Source: the human T2T-CHM13v2.0 reference genome, Homo sapiens. From it: a DNA stretch of 64,000 nucleotides. The notes under the pieces were generated by a model. The model made no database searches. It saw only the letters and a list, made by a program, of their open reading frames with translations, and had not been told where the DNA came from. Shown piece by piece: positions 1 to 13,035 of this stretch (position 1 is its first letter; each line of letters opens with the position of its first letter). The position numbers and the translations under genes are program-made. Location: assembly GCF_009914755.1 (NCBI RefSeq), contig NC_060932.1. One strand, 5' to 3'.

Positions 1-158
1 TACTCACCCTTCATGTTCAGGTAGCAGAGCCTCCCTCCAGGAACACGCTGTACCCACTCCCCCTGATGGAGTAATGTAGTTGCGGTCTTGACCCTCTACC
101 ATGGGGGCTTCCTGAGGACAGAAACTGGAGCACATGTGGCTAAATAGTTGTTGGATGA

Positions 159-577
<419 letters not shown>

Positions 578-869
578 CTATAAAGTAAGAAAGTGGGTAG
601 AATTTATGATTTTTTAACCCTTGCCCCACCAATCACAAAACTTTATCCAGATTTGCTTTTGCTGTGGCTTGTACTGCCCTCCCAAATTATGTTAACTTCA
701 TAAATGTAAAGTTATGTGATAATATTTAGTATGATTTTATAAACTATAAATTCCACCCCCCGACCCTACCATCCTTCACCTCTTGAGAATCATTGGTCAC
801 TCATGGCTCCATCCTCTCAATCTGAGGGTGTCTCCAGTTCTCAGGGGTGATTTTCACCAGTTTCCTTGT

Positions 870-1030
870 TCAATACAAGTTCATTAAGCATCTATTATGT
901 GCTCTGTGTTGGGATAGTCTGTGAGCAGAGTGTCTCTGCTTTCATGGAGCTTACCAGCCAGCAAAGAAGGTAAGCAATGAGCAGGCAGTGAGGAAATGGT
1001 TCCACAGCTGTGGCTGTGATGAAACCAACA
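870..1030 (-). mobile_element. L2 3' end fragment
   Basis: CATTAAGCATCTATTATGTGCTCTGTG...TGCTTTCATGGAGCTTAC resembles the antisense L2 tail. Confidence 0.55.
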
Positions 1031-1039
1031 TAGATTGAA

Positions 1040-1270
1040 AGCTTATGTGAAGCCAGGCACTGTGCCAAGGCCCCTACGTGCAGCATTTCATTGCAACCTC
1101 ACAAGAGCTGTGCAAAAGCAAGTGCTACCATCATTTCTTGTCTTATTATTGTTCAAAGTGAGACTCAGAAGGGTCAGGCCATCCGTGTAAGGAAACAGCT
1201 AATCAGTGGTGGTCTTGCAGTTGGACCTGGGATTGAACACGTGTGGTCTGTCTTCTGCCTATGTTCTTAA
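1040..1270 (-). mobile_element. MIR SINE
   Basis: GCCAGGCACTGTGC...CTCACAAG...GAGACTCAGAAGGGTCAGG...ACAGCTAATCAGTGG MIR antisense pattern. Confidence 0.6.
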
Positions 1271-2689
1271 CACCTAGACCAGATTGAGTCCTATGTTAGA
1301 GAAGTCCAAGAAGCTACGGGAGCCAGAGCAAAAGCAAAAGCCTTTCAACAGCATGTACAATGCCCCAAGGCACAAGAGCAAAGTCTATGTGAGGAAATTC
1401 ACTACCACTACAGTGGCAGAGGGGGTCAAGTGCAAGGAGGAGAAAGGCCAGATACTGGACAGGCAGCTCTTCTCTGCTCCTCCTCCTGGGTTTGGGGATC
1501 CTCAAGCCCCAGGTAGAGATAAATCTTTTCTGGTCAGGCACAGTGAGTTGGGCCCAGACCCATCCTAACTAATTGCCTAGAAGTGCTGTTTTCTTTTTAC
1601 CTCCTGCCTTCTGGTCCCAAGACCACTCTTAGCTTAGCAGTTTTCCTCTTTTTTTTTTTTATTTTTTATTAACCAGACCTGACAGGCACAAGGATGGAGC
1701 CACTACTTGTTTCCATAATCGTTTGACGAGCACATAATGAGAATCGCTTATCAGATAAATATGCTGCAATTAGCTTGGAACCACAATGCCATCTGTGTTT
1801 TTTTAACACCCAAATGTGGTTGAAGTTGACGGCAGGAGCTCTTCTGAAGATGCAGAGACAGGCAGAATGACACCTGAGGGGGATCCCAGGAAATGACATG
1901 GCCAGGTGTTAGAGACAGAAGTCTGAAGAGTCTGGGCCCTTTCCTGGTGACTCAGGGCTGTAGGGTCAACTCTGGCTGGGGATCTGAAAGGAAACTGTCA
2001 CTTCTTAAGGTTCTGAGCTCTGGAGGAGAGAGAGGTGGGCTGAATACAGCTGTTCCTTTCTTTCATCACTTCGCTAATTGGGTCATGAAGGGAATGAGTC
2101 TTTCCTCATGGAGAACACAGTGTATTGTTCATAGCAGTCAACAAATAAATATCTTCAAGATTGAACTGCATAAAGGTTTCTGTTAAGTCTAGACTGACTC
2201 TCTAGAAGTCTTGGGCAAGATGCCTGAGCTCAGAGAGTTCCTCCAAGTTTATCACCTGGAGGTGAGTGGTGGGAAGGATCCATGTATCAGAAGTAAAACA
2301 GATCCAAATTTGGAGAAGCATAGTTTTGTTAGGTTTGCTTTTGAACAGTTAACTATGAAATGGGATTGTAAGGTTTCTTAGCATCCCTGGGCAAAATTGT
2401 GGAGCTGATTAAGTTCGTCCATCAAGGCACCTGCTCCTCTTATCTTCATCTCTCCTTTCTCTCTTTTTGAGCTCCCAAGGCAATTCCTGGAAAGCTAGTT
2501 AACACTGGTCCAAAATGCCAGCCTCTGTTAGGGCTGACGTTTGGCTGCATGATATAAGAACCCAGCCAGGGTGACATAACCAAATGAGCATCTGAAGAGA
2601 AGTATATCCTACTAGACAGCAGAGAAATAAAATTAAAGCAACAAGAATCTATTTTTCTCACTTAGAAGACTAGTAAGGAGCTAATATTT

Positions 2690-3400
2690 GTGAGACTGTG
2701 GAGAAAAAAGAACTTTTATACATCACTGGCAGTGACGCAAACTAGGAAACCACATAGGAAAGCAGAAAGATGATATCTGGTGATGTTGAAATAAGCCTGC
2801 TCCACTGTCCTGCAACTCCAGTGCTAGCAGTGCCCTGGGGAAACACCACAGGTGTGCCCAAGCTGTCATGCCCAGGATGGGAAAGCCAGCATTGTCTGTA
2901 ACAAGTGAAAAAGAATGAAAGTCAGGGGAGAGAAGGAAGAAAATAGGAAGAAAAGGGAGGGGAGGGGAGGAAGGAGAGGGGAGGGGAGGGAAGACTAAGG
3001 AAAGAAAAGAAACCTATTTATTTATCAATAGAGAAATGAATAAATTGTGAATACAGTTGTAAAATGCAATACCTAGCCATTAATGAACTAGACATACATC
3101 TATCAACATGATATCGAATGAGAAAAGCAAATCGCAAGATCCGTAAGTATAAAACCATAAAAATATATATGTAAATATTTTAACATATACAAAACTATTA
3201 TTGCTTCCAGAACCACACATACATAGTAAAAACATGAAGCTATGGTTCAATAGGAGGGGTACAAGTTTTAGAACCTGATTACCACCAGGGATGAGAGCTG
3301 GACGGAGGGGCTTCCATTTTACTTATGTTTATTTATTTTACCTTTTAGTAGTATATGAAGAAAATATCTGATTGGAGAATTTTTATCATTTGCTGTACTT
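2690..3400 (+). mobile_element. Old L1 (L1ME/L1MC-like) ORF2 end/3'UTR fragment, interrupted by a purine-rich tract
   Basis: GTGGAGAAAAAAGAACTTTTATACATCACTGG...GCATTGTCTGTAAC...TCAATAGAGAAATGAATAAATTGTG...ATGAACTAGA, the typical L1M ORF2 C-terminal region. Confidence 0.65.
2905..3012 (+). repeat. GA-rich low-complexity tract with (GGGGA)n core
   Basis: Nearly pure purine run GGGAGGGGAGGGGAGGAAGGAGAGGGGAGGGGAGGG. Confidence 0.85.
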
Positions 3401-4059
3401 TTTAGTGTAATTTTATAATTTAGGCAATTAAAGATGAGCAGATGCTTGCATGTGTGGCTGTCAGAGCCTGGGTAGTGAGAGGACCCAGTGAAACCACTGG
3501 TCCTCAGCTGGCTAGGACAGGAGGTCTCCACCCTTTTCTAAGGAGTGAGGTTTGGCCTCTCCTCCTGGTTCACCATATCTAATTTTCTTGGGTTTCATCT
3601 TTGAGATTTAAAACATAATCAGCACCTCCACGTCAAACCCCAGATATTTCTGGCCATCTCTTAATAGATCTAAGATTGCCTCTGGCTTTTAAGGATATTA
3701 TTTTATTTACTTTTACATACCAGGTAGACCGGATTCTTAGCCAGGACCTTAAAAGGCTATATACAAACAAAATGAGGAAGTGCAACAGAGGCGTTCTATA
3801 GCAATTTTGTGGAAGATAAAAGAGAAAACAAAGGCAAGTTTTTATGCAAGTATCTGGTCCCCTAAACCTATTCTACCTTTAAATGAAGTCAAATAGGGGC
3901 AAGGAGGAAGAGAGTCCTAAATACTTCCTGCCTATCTGCACAGCTTAATTTATTCTGTTTGAACCCTAAACTTTCATAAGCCTAGTATCCTCAGGACAGC
4001 TGATCTCATCTTGCAGATAAACTGATTCACATTAATATTGATAATAACAACTATGGGTA

Positions 4060-4250
4060 GGGTCCTTCCCACTTGCCAGGCACTGTGCTAGGCATTATGT
4101 ACATTGTCCCATTTAATCTCCACTACTGCCATAGGGGAAGGGATGCATGTGCTTGTTCTTACTGTATGTCTGCAAAGAGGTGAAGAGATGTGTCCAAGGG
4201 CACATGACTGGTAAGTGGCAGAGCTGGAACTCAACACAACAGCATAGCTT
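4060..4250 (-). mobile_element. MIR SINE
   Basis: TGCCAGGCACTGTGCTAGGCA...CCCATTTAATCTCCAC...GTCCAAGGGCACATGACTGGTAAGTGGCAGAGCTGG. Confidence 0.75.
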
Positions 4251-4354
4251 TGTGTGTTTGTGTGTTCATACATTCCTTATTGAATAGTGCCTGTTTATGC
4301 CATTCATACACTGTAACAAATCGTATCTGTGGTCCTTTGCACTCCCTCTGCTCC

Positions 4355-5450
4355 ACACTGCCTACCTACCATCCTCACTGGGATGTCTAATACACATGTT
4401 GAATTTAATATGGGTTCCAGGAGTGTTTTCTTTCACAAACTGTTTCTCCCCAAGTCTCCTGTTTCAGTAAATGGCATCAGCATCCACCCAACAACAAAAA
4501 CTTAGAAGATGCCTCAGGTTTTCTCTGTTTCTCAAGCTCCTTCCCATCCATCAGCAAGTCCTGATGTCTTTACCTCCAAATAATGATACGGATCTGGCCA
4601 CTCACTGCCCCACTACTAGATCCCATTCCAAGCCACCATTGCCTCTTCCTCAGAGGACAGCAACACCCTCCAAGCTGGTCTCCCTGCTTCCATCCCTCCC
4701 TACCGCAACCCCTCCAACCCACTCCTCCAGAGCAGTCAGTGATTTAAGTGAAATTACTCATTGTACCCCGATTTCTACTCCCCAGTGGCTTCTTACTGAG
4801 GAGACTACATAGTAAGTATTGGCTTACCCAGCCCTATACACAGCCAGCTTTGCAGGTGTGCAACCTGTATAGCCATGCTCAGAAGGGCCCCTTGGTTTAA
4901 TGCTCTGCTGTCACTGTCCTGGAATTCTTAAAAATATTTGAACAAAGGGGCCTGCATTTTCATTTTGCACTGGGCACTATGAATCATGTAGCTGGGTCTG
5001 TCTACACACTAGTGTGAAAGTTGGCATTTTTTTCACTCTCTATCTAGCTCCATCTGGTCCAGTGACACTGGTCTTCTTGCTGTTCTTCAAACACACCAGG
5101 CTTATGCCCTCAGCAGGGCCTTTTTCCTTGCTATTGTTTCATCCCAAAATGTTATTCCTCAAGGTGTGTGTATAGTTCCCTTCTTCCCATCATTCAGGAA
5201 TTGGCCCAAGAGCCACTGCCTCAGAGAGGACTTCTCTGATCACCCCAGTGAAGAAAGCCCATTTGTATGCCCAGTTACTCTATCCCACTACCCTGTCCTA
5301 CTTAATGCATAGTAATTACAACTATCTGAAATTGCCATATTTATTGTTTTACATAATTCTTATCTGTCTTCTACTAGAAGCAAGTAGGCTCAAGGGCTTG
5401 GTAATTTTAACCAGCACTGAGTAGGCACTTGGTGAATATTGGGGAGCGAA
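4355..5450 (+). mobile_element. L2 (L2a-like) 3' region, interrupted by MER45A
   Basis: GGATGTCTAATA...TCAGTAAATGGCATC...CCATCAGCAAGTCCTG...CCAAGCCACCAT...CTGTTCTTCAAACACACCAGG...GTAGGCACTTGGTGAATATT. Confidence 0.8.
4841..5000 (+). mobile_element. MER45A-like hAT-Tip100 MITE
   Basis: CAGCCAGCTT...CTCAGAAGGGCCCC..TTGGTTTAATGCTCTGCTGTC...CATTTTCATTTTGCACTGGGC...GTAGCTGGGTCTG; degenerate 8-bp TSD CCTATACA/TCTACACA. Confidence 0.85.
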
Positions 5451-7615
5451 GAGGGAGGAGAATGGAATGGACCAGCCCAGGCCATTCTGACTCCAGAACC
5501 CTCACTCTTGTCCCTTTAGGAGATGTAGAATCTCCTAAGGAACCCTGCTTGCTCACCGCAAACTGGTTCTAGCTTCTGGAGATACAGCATCAGAGTAACA
5601 ATTTCTGCATTTTGCAGGTCTTCGCCAGAACACAAATAAAAAACCCTGCCCTTTCAATGATCCTACTGGGCATTGCACTGTCTTCAGCCCACCTGACTAC
5701 AAAATTCTACCTGTAGTCATTCTTGTAGCCATAGCTCATTCCTTATGTAACAATGTGCCGGGATGAGTAACATTTCCCATAGATGCTACAATCCATATGG
5801 GTCCCATCAAAAGTTATTAAACCACTAGGAGAACTCCCATTATGCAACACTTTCCCCATTGAATGTGTGTTCTGATTCCTCTCACAAAACTGGCAGATGA
5901 TGAAGCTTACTGATATCCTGGGCAATTCAGCTTGCTTTTCAATAACTATTCAGAGCGTAGCCAAGGCATAGAACACAGAGTCCAGTAAATGCTTGCTTTG
6001 TAAATAAATTAATGACCACCCGCTATATGTCAGGCGCTATGTTACGTATGGGAAGCATATATTAATGGAACATGGAAAGAGCCAGAATCGAAGTGAGAAT
6101 TACATTTGGCAGGAGCACAAGAAAGGACTGATCCATTCTTCCATGAGCAATGTGAATTGGGTCTAAAGGATGTCTAGTTTGTGCCAAGCAGAAGGGCAGA
6201 CATCCCTGGTAGCAGAAAGGTGCATGTAAAAATCTGAGACCTCAAACTACCCAAGAATCTCTGCAGGCATTTTCACAAGCCCCTGCAGTTAGTAGCAATT
6301 AGAATCATCCCCAGTGTACAGATGAGAACACTGAGACTCAAAGAAGTCAAATAACCTGCTCAAGGCCATGGAACAGAGCCTGGTTTGCCATCTTTTCAAC
6401 AAGGTTTTCTCAGGTCTTTTCCATCTTCTGGAATAGATCTGCACTTGTTCCTTGCCCTTTCAGGTCTCTGTTTGGACATCCAGAGCTTATAGTGAAATGA
6501 GCTGAGTTAGAGCGGATGCTACAGCAGAGAGACTCAACAGCCAGAGTTGTGGAAATGATTCATCTAAATAGTCTGCATCTTTAATTGGAATTTATTGAGG
6601 AGTTTAAAATCCTGGTTTGAGCCCTGGTCCTGGCACTAGTTTGCAGAGTAGTCTTACACATACTAATTGCCTGCTGAGCTCGTTTTCTCATATGAAAAAT
6701 GGGCTTACTCCCATAACAGAGTTAATCCAATGAATTAATAGTATACTCCATGTGATGGTATTCTGTGTGCTCTAAAGAGCTGTATACATGTTGAATTTAT
6801 TATTGTATTTTATTATTATATATCATAGTATATATTATGTTATAATATGCTAATGTCATATTATATGTATCATTAATAAAAATATTTTCACAAGGAAAAT
6901 ATATTTTAATAGCGGTTGCTTGGGACAAAATACCATAGCTTAGAGGAGTTCTTCAAACTTCAGGTCACAGTCCAATCACAGGTCCTGAAAACAAGGTGGC
7001 ATTTTTTTTTAATGTAAGCGAATACAGTTCCTCATACATAATGAATTGTGACATAAAATTTAGCACTGCTGAAGGCTCTTGATCATAAAACTCTTAAAAT
7101 CTCTACAATCAGAAGAAAAACCTAGCAATGTTAGAGACCAGTGATTAAAACGGACCTTGGAGATGGTCAAATCCCACCACCTCAGTGACTAGATAGAAAC
7201 CTGAAGCCCAGAGAGAGAGGGCATGATTTGATCAAGGTCTTACAGCTGTGAAATGACAGAGGCAGCTCTCAAAGCCTGGCCTCTGGGATAAGGCACTAAA
7301 CCAGAAAAAGACGAGCTTAGAAATGAGAGCTCTTGCCTTCTAGGAAATGTATTCGAGTATTTAATATTTATTGAACAGCTACTCTGTGCCTAGACCCATG
7401 CCTAACTTCAAGGAGTTGCCTATTTTTTAATGAAAGTTAGAAAAATATTAACAAAAATAGTACACTGAAAAATAAAAACTATTGCTGTTTGAAATAATTC
7501 AAGGAAGGAAGTAAACAAAGGAAGAGATAAAGAAGAGTGGGGTCGAGTCTACTTGAAGGTGGTCAGGGAAACCTTTATCAACAAGTGACGCCAAAGTCGA
7601 AAGCTGACGGGTGGT

Positions 7616-7958
7616 GTCTCTGAGCTTGTCTTGGTCTTTTCTTCGTGATCACAGGATGGCTGCTGCCTGTGGGGTATCGTGCTCTGTTCAAGTCAGGAAG
7701 AAGGGGTAGAGGAGGGACAAAGGCGATGCCGTGTGCTTATTTATTTTTAATGAGAAAACAATTATTACCGGAGGAGAAATTTCTGATTTTTTTTAGATTA
7801 ATACGTGTGACCTGGCTTTGCCCAGCTGCGATGGATGATGAGAAAGCAAGGATCTCATTTCAGCTGATCACATTGCTTCCAAACGAGAGTGGGCTTTGAT
7901 CATCAAAGAAGAAAAAGATGATGTATAATGGGTAGGTGGCTAACAGTGATTGCTACAC
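7616..7958 (-). mobile_element. MLT1J/K-like MaLR LTR, 5' and middle part (antisense)
   Basis: ACAGGATGGCTGCTG...TCAAGTCAGGAAGAAGGG...CCAGCTGC...GGGTAGGTGGCTAACAGTGATTGCTACA. Confidence 0.65.
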
Positions 7959-8019
7959 ATATCATTCTATTACCTATTCCTGTGCATTTCTTCATGGAAT
8001 TCCTTCTACTCAGCACATG

Positions 8020-8320
8020 GCTTTTTTTATCTAATGAAAGAAATTAGCACATGGCAACCCTGTTTTCCCTTCCCTCGCCCTTCTTCCTGACTCACACAGA
8101 GCACGGCGCCTCACATTACAGCAGCCATCCTGTGGCCATAAAGGAAAGACCAAGATATGCTCAGAGACTTTCATTCTGATATTGACAAGCAGCTGAACCA
8201 ATACGAGCAATAGGCAACTTCCAGATGTCTCTTTATATAACAGAAACAAGGTATATACTTGTGTAAGCCACTGTGTCCAGCTTTCTCTTACTTTTAGCCA
8301 AACAGAATCCCAACTGACCT
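8020..8320 (+). mobile_element. MLT1J/K-like MaLR LTR, middle and 3' part (sense)
   Basis: CCTTCTTCCTGAC...GCAGCCATCCTGTGG...GCTGAACCAA...TAAGCCACTG...AGCCAAACAGAATCCCAACTGA. Confidence 0.65.
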
Positions 8321-9144
8321 GTGGCAGAGTGAGAAGCGACTTTGCACACCATGCAGAACACCCATGAGTTGCCTTCCTTATGTGATGTGCCTTCACTTAC
8401 CTGTGCACCTTGGAGAAGGAGGGCTCCACATCTCCCTGGAATTCATTTCTGCACTGTCACTCAGGTGTCCAATGTGAAGTCAGAGCCACCACAGAACCAC
8501 AGTCTCCAGGAACAATGTGATGCCTGCTGCCCTGCCCGCCTGCCTGGCTGAGAGCCACTGACCTCTGATCTTAATCATCCTGCCCTGTGTGATGTTGGAC
8601 TCCTCCACAGCTTTTAATCTCAAACCCGTAAGTCTGGAAACGCCCCCCGAGTCTGTTGTCTCCCATGTCTCATTCCTCATCTACCTTAACTTCCCCAGTC
8701 TTGGTTTCCAGCTGCCTTTAAGAAGGACCCTGGAATGATATGACCATGTCTGATCGTATTTTAATCTATACCCTGTAAGATAGTGAACTTTGTTTTTCTA
8801 ATAAGCATCACATTTCCTGATTCATAATTGATTATACATTATTAGCCCCAGCTTTTTGTTGGCCTGATTGTTTCATAAATTGCAGGCTCCCACTTTAAAT
8901 TAATGCTGATTAGGACTTTTCCAGGTGCATTATCTTACCCTTATCTATATTAAATCTCATCTCATTTGCTTCCAAAAGCTCCCATTCTTCTCTGTTCTTT
9001 TAGTCTCTCTGATGTTTGTTGTTGTTTGGAATTTGGTAGCATCTGAAATGTAATCAATTTTCCTTCTTTCTAAATCATAAATGAGCTTAGAATAAATGTC
9101 TCTAACATGTATAGGAGAAGAACCAGGATTTATTGCCTACTGAC

Positions 9145-9545
9145 TAGGTATCTCAGCTGAGATTCCCCCAAAATGCACACTAAGGTGAGGATTTGGCACA
9201 TGATGTTTATGTGGAAGGTCAGTGAGGGGATGGAGGAAAGGAAGCAAAGAGTATGTAATTGAGGGGGTTATTGAGACTAGCTTCTGGGGCTCAGCCTACA
9301 GAAGACCCTCTGAGAGACTTCATAAAGTATTCCTCATGGATTCCTGCTCACCGTGACTTGATGGTTACTTGTGGTGGGGTGTAACATGGTTACCTCTTTG
9401 GCATTTACAACTGAGCTTCAGCCTAGCAAGCTGCTGTAACCAGAAAATGCTTTCAGGCAGAGATGGACACGGATGTTAGAGTAGGAAGGCTCATCCACAG
9501 GGCTGTGGTGATCTCAGTGCTAAGGATATATAAGCAGCTGCTACA
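9145..9545 (-). mobile_element. LTR33-like ERVL 3' LTR
   Basis: Antisense LTR33-like sequence; on the minus strand the polypurine tract AAAGGGTGAAC leads into the LTR start TGTAG (9545-9541). Confidence 0.6.
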
Positions 9546-11282
9546 GTTCACCCTTTGCACCACTCAGATCCACTCTTGCCACCCATTAAGAACACTTTGT
9601 CTTCCCACTGGCTCTGCAAGGAATACTGGATATTCCTTATCTCCCTCCTCTACCATTCATTCGGGATTGTCCTCTGCGTTGGCTGGTACTTCTGCTGGTA
9701 TAAGTTGTTTTTCCAGTGGGGAACTGAGAGTTTCATCATTGAGGATTAGGAGCTCTTGACAGTATGACAATGTGGCAACGTCCTTGTCACATCATGGCTG
9801 ATGCACTCCCCATTTACAGTTTGACCACCGGGCATGGAAGCACCAAGAAACACGCCAGTGAATCTGTTGAACTCCACACTTACTCCTCTCTGCCCCTATT
9901 GCAACCAGAAGCCCCAGCTCTTCCTGATAATCAGTCATTTACCTTTGCAAGTACAGGAACTCTCTGTTTTTATTTTTATTTTTTCTTTCTGGTCCACCAG
10001 CACGAAGAGTCCAACATAACCAGGAAACAACGATAACCTTAGGTTTAATAGGATTCTTCATGTGTTACTTGGAAGAAACATCCTTGTCCTAGGAAATATG
10101 ACCTTTAGTCCATCAGGGCAAACAGTTGTGGGTTTGGGAGGTAAAAAATTTTCCAAAGAGATTTACAGGGAGTGATGGTGACAGGCCAACATGACTGATG
10201 CTCTTCATGTCCACTCCATGGGTCTATCCACATGCGTCTTCCCTAGACTTCCTGGCCTTCAATCCTCCAATCATATGTCTTTAGATTTCATCCAACCAGT
10301 GACGCTATTCACCCCTGTGTATAGCCTTTCCTCAGACCAGTTCTACCTCCACACAAAGCGGAGGCATGCTGAAATGTCCCCTCCCCACCTTCACGGACAC
10401 TCCTGAGTGGGACTGAGTGTGGCAGGAGACTGTGGTCAGCATACTAGCAAATCTAGGTGGCCCACCGAATAATTAGGACTGGGATTTTCCTACTCCTTTA
10501 CTGGTCATAGGAAGCCCCATAGGACAGCACAGGTGTGAGTGGTGGGAGAGATTCTGTTGCAACAGAGGATCTGGGTCAGCTGTTCGTGCAATTTATCTGT
10601 GCTCCAGACCTGCCTGAGCTTGACCAGCATGGGCCATTTTCATCACAGGATGATTGTTGCACACCTGCCCACCTTCATGACCTGGTAGATCTGACAATAC
10701 CCAGCTTCTGCTGAGCAGCTCCAACTGCAGGGTTATTTGATGTTCCGTGATCAGATATTCAGTCTTTACTGAGATCCAGTAACATAGCAGGATCTGCTTT
10801 TTGAAGAGTGTATAATTCTCTATGATAGAAACACATCTTTGATCCAGAAACCTAGATGTCTACTCTGAGATTACCCTGTTGAGTTTGTCAGACTCCCTTC
10901 ACAGTGTCCTTATTTACCTTGGATGGGTCAGGTATCATAAGATCTGCCATATTACGTGGCTTCATGGCAGAGAAACTTACTGTAGTCTGAACCTGTTGCA
11001 GAGCCCTCTCTTTCTTTTGGCCCTAATCAAAACTGGCAGACTTCCAAGGCATCCAATAAACTGTTGGAGCAGTATTCCCAAACATGGTCCATGCAGCTTC
11101 GAAATTCAAAGAGGCCCACTAAATACTGTGCCCATCTTTTATTTGTAAGAAGCTCAAGGTGCAATAACTTGACCTGTGGTTTGGAGGGCATGTCCAGATA
11201 TGCCCCAGATGATTAGACACCTAATTTCACTAATGTGGCATTCACCAGACTCCCCATGAGTTTATCTTCCATCCTTTAACAG

Positions 11283-12259
11283 TGTCAGGGGTGCAGAAAA
11301 TGATACCCTAAAGTATGGCACTATGACATGCTAAATACTTTGAACTGAAGGCTATTGGGAGGGCCTCAGGCACAAGGTTTCTCTGATCTTCCAACCCTCC
11401 TTTCTTTCTTCCATACCCTTTTTTTTTCCCAAGGGGAATCATAGAAACCAGAATTCCTCCTGTCCCCCAATGCAAGCCATATAGCCTAGAAGCTTACCCT
11501 CTGAGCTACCTCCCTGAAAATGGCTCATATGATCCTCATTATAGGGGGTCCTGCCTCATACCCAGGGTGATATGGCTTGGCTCTGTCCCCACCCAAATCT
11601 CATCTTGAATTGTAGCTCCCATAATTCCCATGTGTTGTGGGAGGGACGTGGTGGGAGATAATGGAATCATGGGGGCAGTTTCCCTCATATTATTCTCATC
11701 ATAGTGAGTAAGTCTCATGAGATCTGATGGTTTTATAAATGGGGGATTCCCTGAACAAGCTCTGTTATTCTCTCTTGTCTGCTACCATGTAAGATGTGCA
11801 TTTCACCTTCCACCATGATTGTGAGGCCTCCCCAGCCACGTGGAACTGTGAGTCCATTAAGCCTCTTTTTCTTTACAAATTACACAGCCTCAGATATGTC
11901 TTTATCAGCAGCATGAAAACAGACTAATACACAGGGGGAAGGAATGCTACACAAAGAGACCAAAAAGAATCTAAACAAACAGGCCTTGCTAGGCTCTCCT
12001 CCCAAATGCATTAACATTAGATCAGACCCTTCTTATCCAATCATGTTTCTCCACAACTGTCCACTTCTTTCTTAAGATTTAGCATAAAAATACATCATTT
12101 TTCCATGGCTCTTTTGGTCTTCACTTCTGGAGGCTCCTGTGTCACACAAAACTTTGTTAAATAAATTTGCAATGCTTTTCTGTTGCCACACTATCTTTTG
12201 TTATAGGATTGTCAGGCATGACCCTTGTGAGGAAAAGGTATTATCTCTCTGCCCCTACA
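11283..12259 (+). mobile_element. ERV1-class solo LTR (MER39/MER34-like)
   Basis: TGTCAGGGGTGCAGAAAATGATACCCTAAAGTATGG...GCCCCTACA termini; 4-bp TSD ACAG at 11279-11282 and 12260-12263. Confidence 0.8.
11568..11931 (+). mobile_element. THE1 (THE1B/C-like) MaLR solo LTR
   Basis: TGATATGGCTTGGCTCTGTCCCCACCCAAATCTCATCTTGAATTG...AGACTAATACA; 5-bp TSD CAGGG at 11563-11567 and 11932-11936. Confidence 0.95.
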
Positions 12260-12639
12260 ACAGGCATGTGAGTTTTGGTGAAGACATAGCAATCTCTGGC
12301 ATGTACATGTATACATATACATATGTGTATATATATCTAATTGTTTAGATTTGTCCAACAGTTCATCCTAAGCTTTGACAAAGGGAAGCAGGAGCAGAAA
12401 AGGGAAGAATGAGGATTGTCCTTCTCTTCCGTACAAGCACATTTCACTTCAGTTTACCCAGAGTTACAATAACATCTGAGTGGTCAATATTATGGATTCA
12501 CTGAGGTAAGAATCCATTCACTGAAATCCAGAAATTATGTGGAACTGTACAGACTAAACAGACTTCAGCACAATTAATGCTGTTAGTAGATTCACCAATA
12601 TTCCAGTTATTTGCCAATTCCATATAGGCATAATAGTAT

Positions 12640-13035
12640 AAAGAATTAAAAGAAACAACAAAAATTAGAAATTGAGGATGACATATGTATTAATATCATA
12701 AAGGAGTCAGAGGGAACTTTCTAAGCAAGTTTTAAGCCACTCGGTTTGTGGTGCTTTGTTACAGCAGCCCCAGAAATTATAAGGAAGGAAAAGAATGTGC
12801 ATAGACCACAGAAGAATTAAATTATTTTGCATGTCAAGAGAGTATAAATCAAAGCCAAAAGACAAATGATAGATTGGGGGAAATATTTACAACTCCTATG
12901 ATAGATAAAGGTTAATAGAGAGAGCTCTTACAAATTAACAAGAAAAATGCCAACAACTCAAAGGAAAAAAAAATGGGCCAAGGTTAGGAATGGTTAATTC
13001 AAAGCAGAGATTATCCAAAATGCCAATAGACATAA
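12640..13035 (+). mobile_element. Old L1 (L1ME-like) ORF2 fragment
   Basis: CTTTCTAAGCAA...AAAAGACAAATGATAGATTGGGGGAAATATTTACAAC...GATAAAGGTTAATA...CTCTTACAAATTAACAAGAAAAA...AAATGGGCCAAGG. Confidence 0.75.

Larger units (their letters stand above)
9546..12420 (-). mobile_element. Decayed ERVL-class internal region (RT/RNase H), interrupted at 11283-12259
   Basis: Hand translation of the minus strand at ~11100-11240 gives ATLVKLGV*SSGAYLDMPSKPQVKLLHLELLTNKRWAQYLVGLFEFR, matching ERVL pol; stops and frameshifts present; right boundary approximate. Confidence 0.85.
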
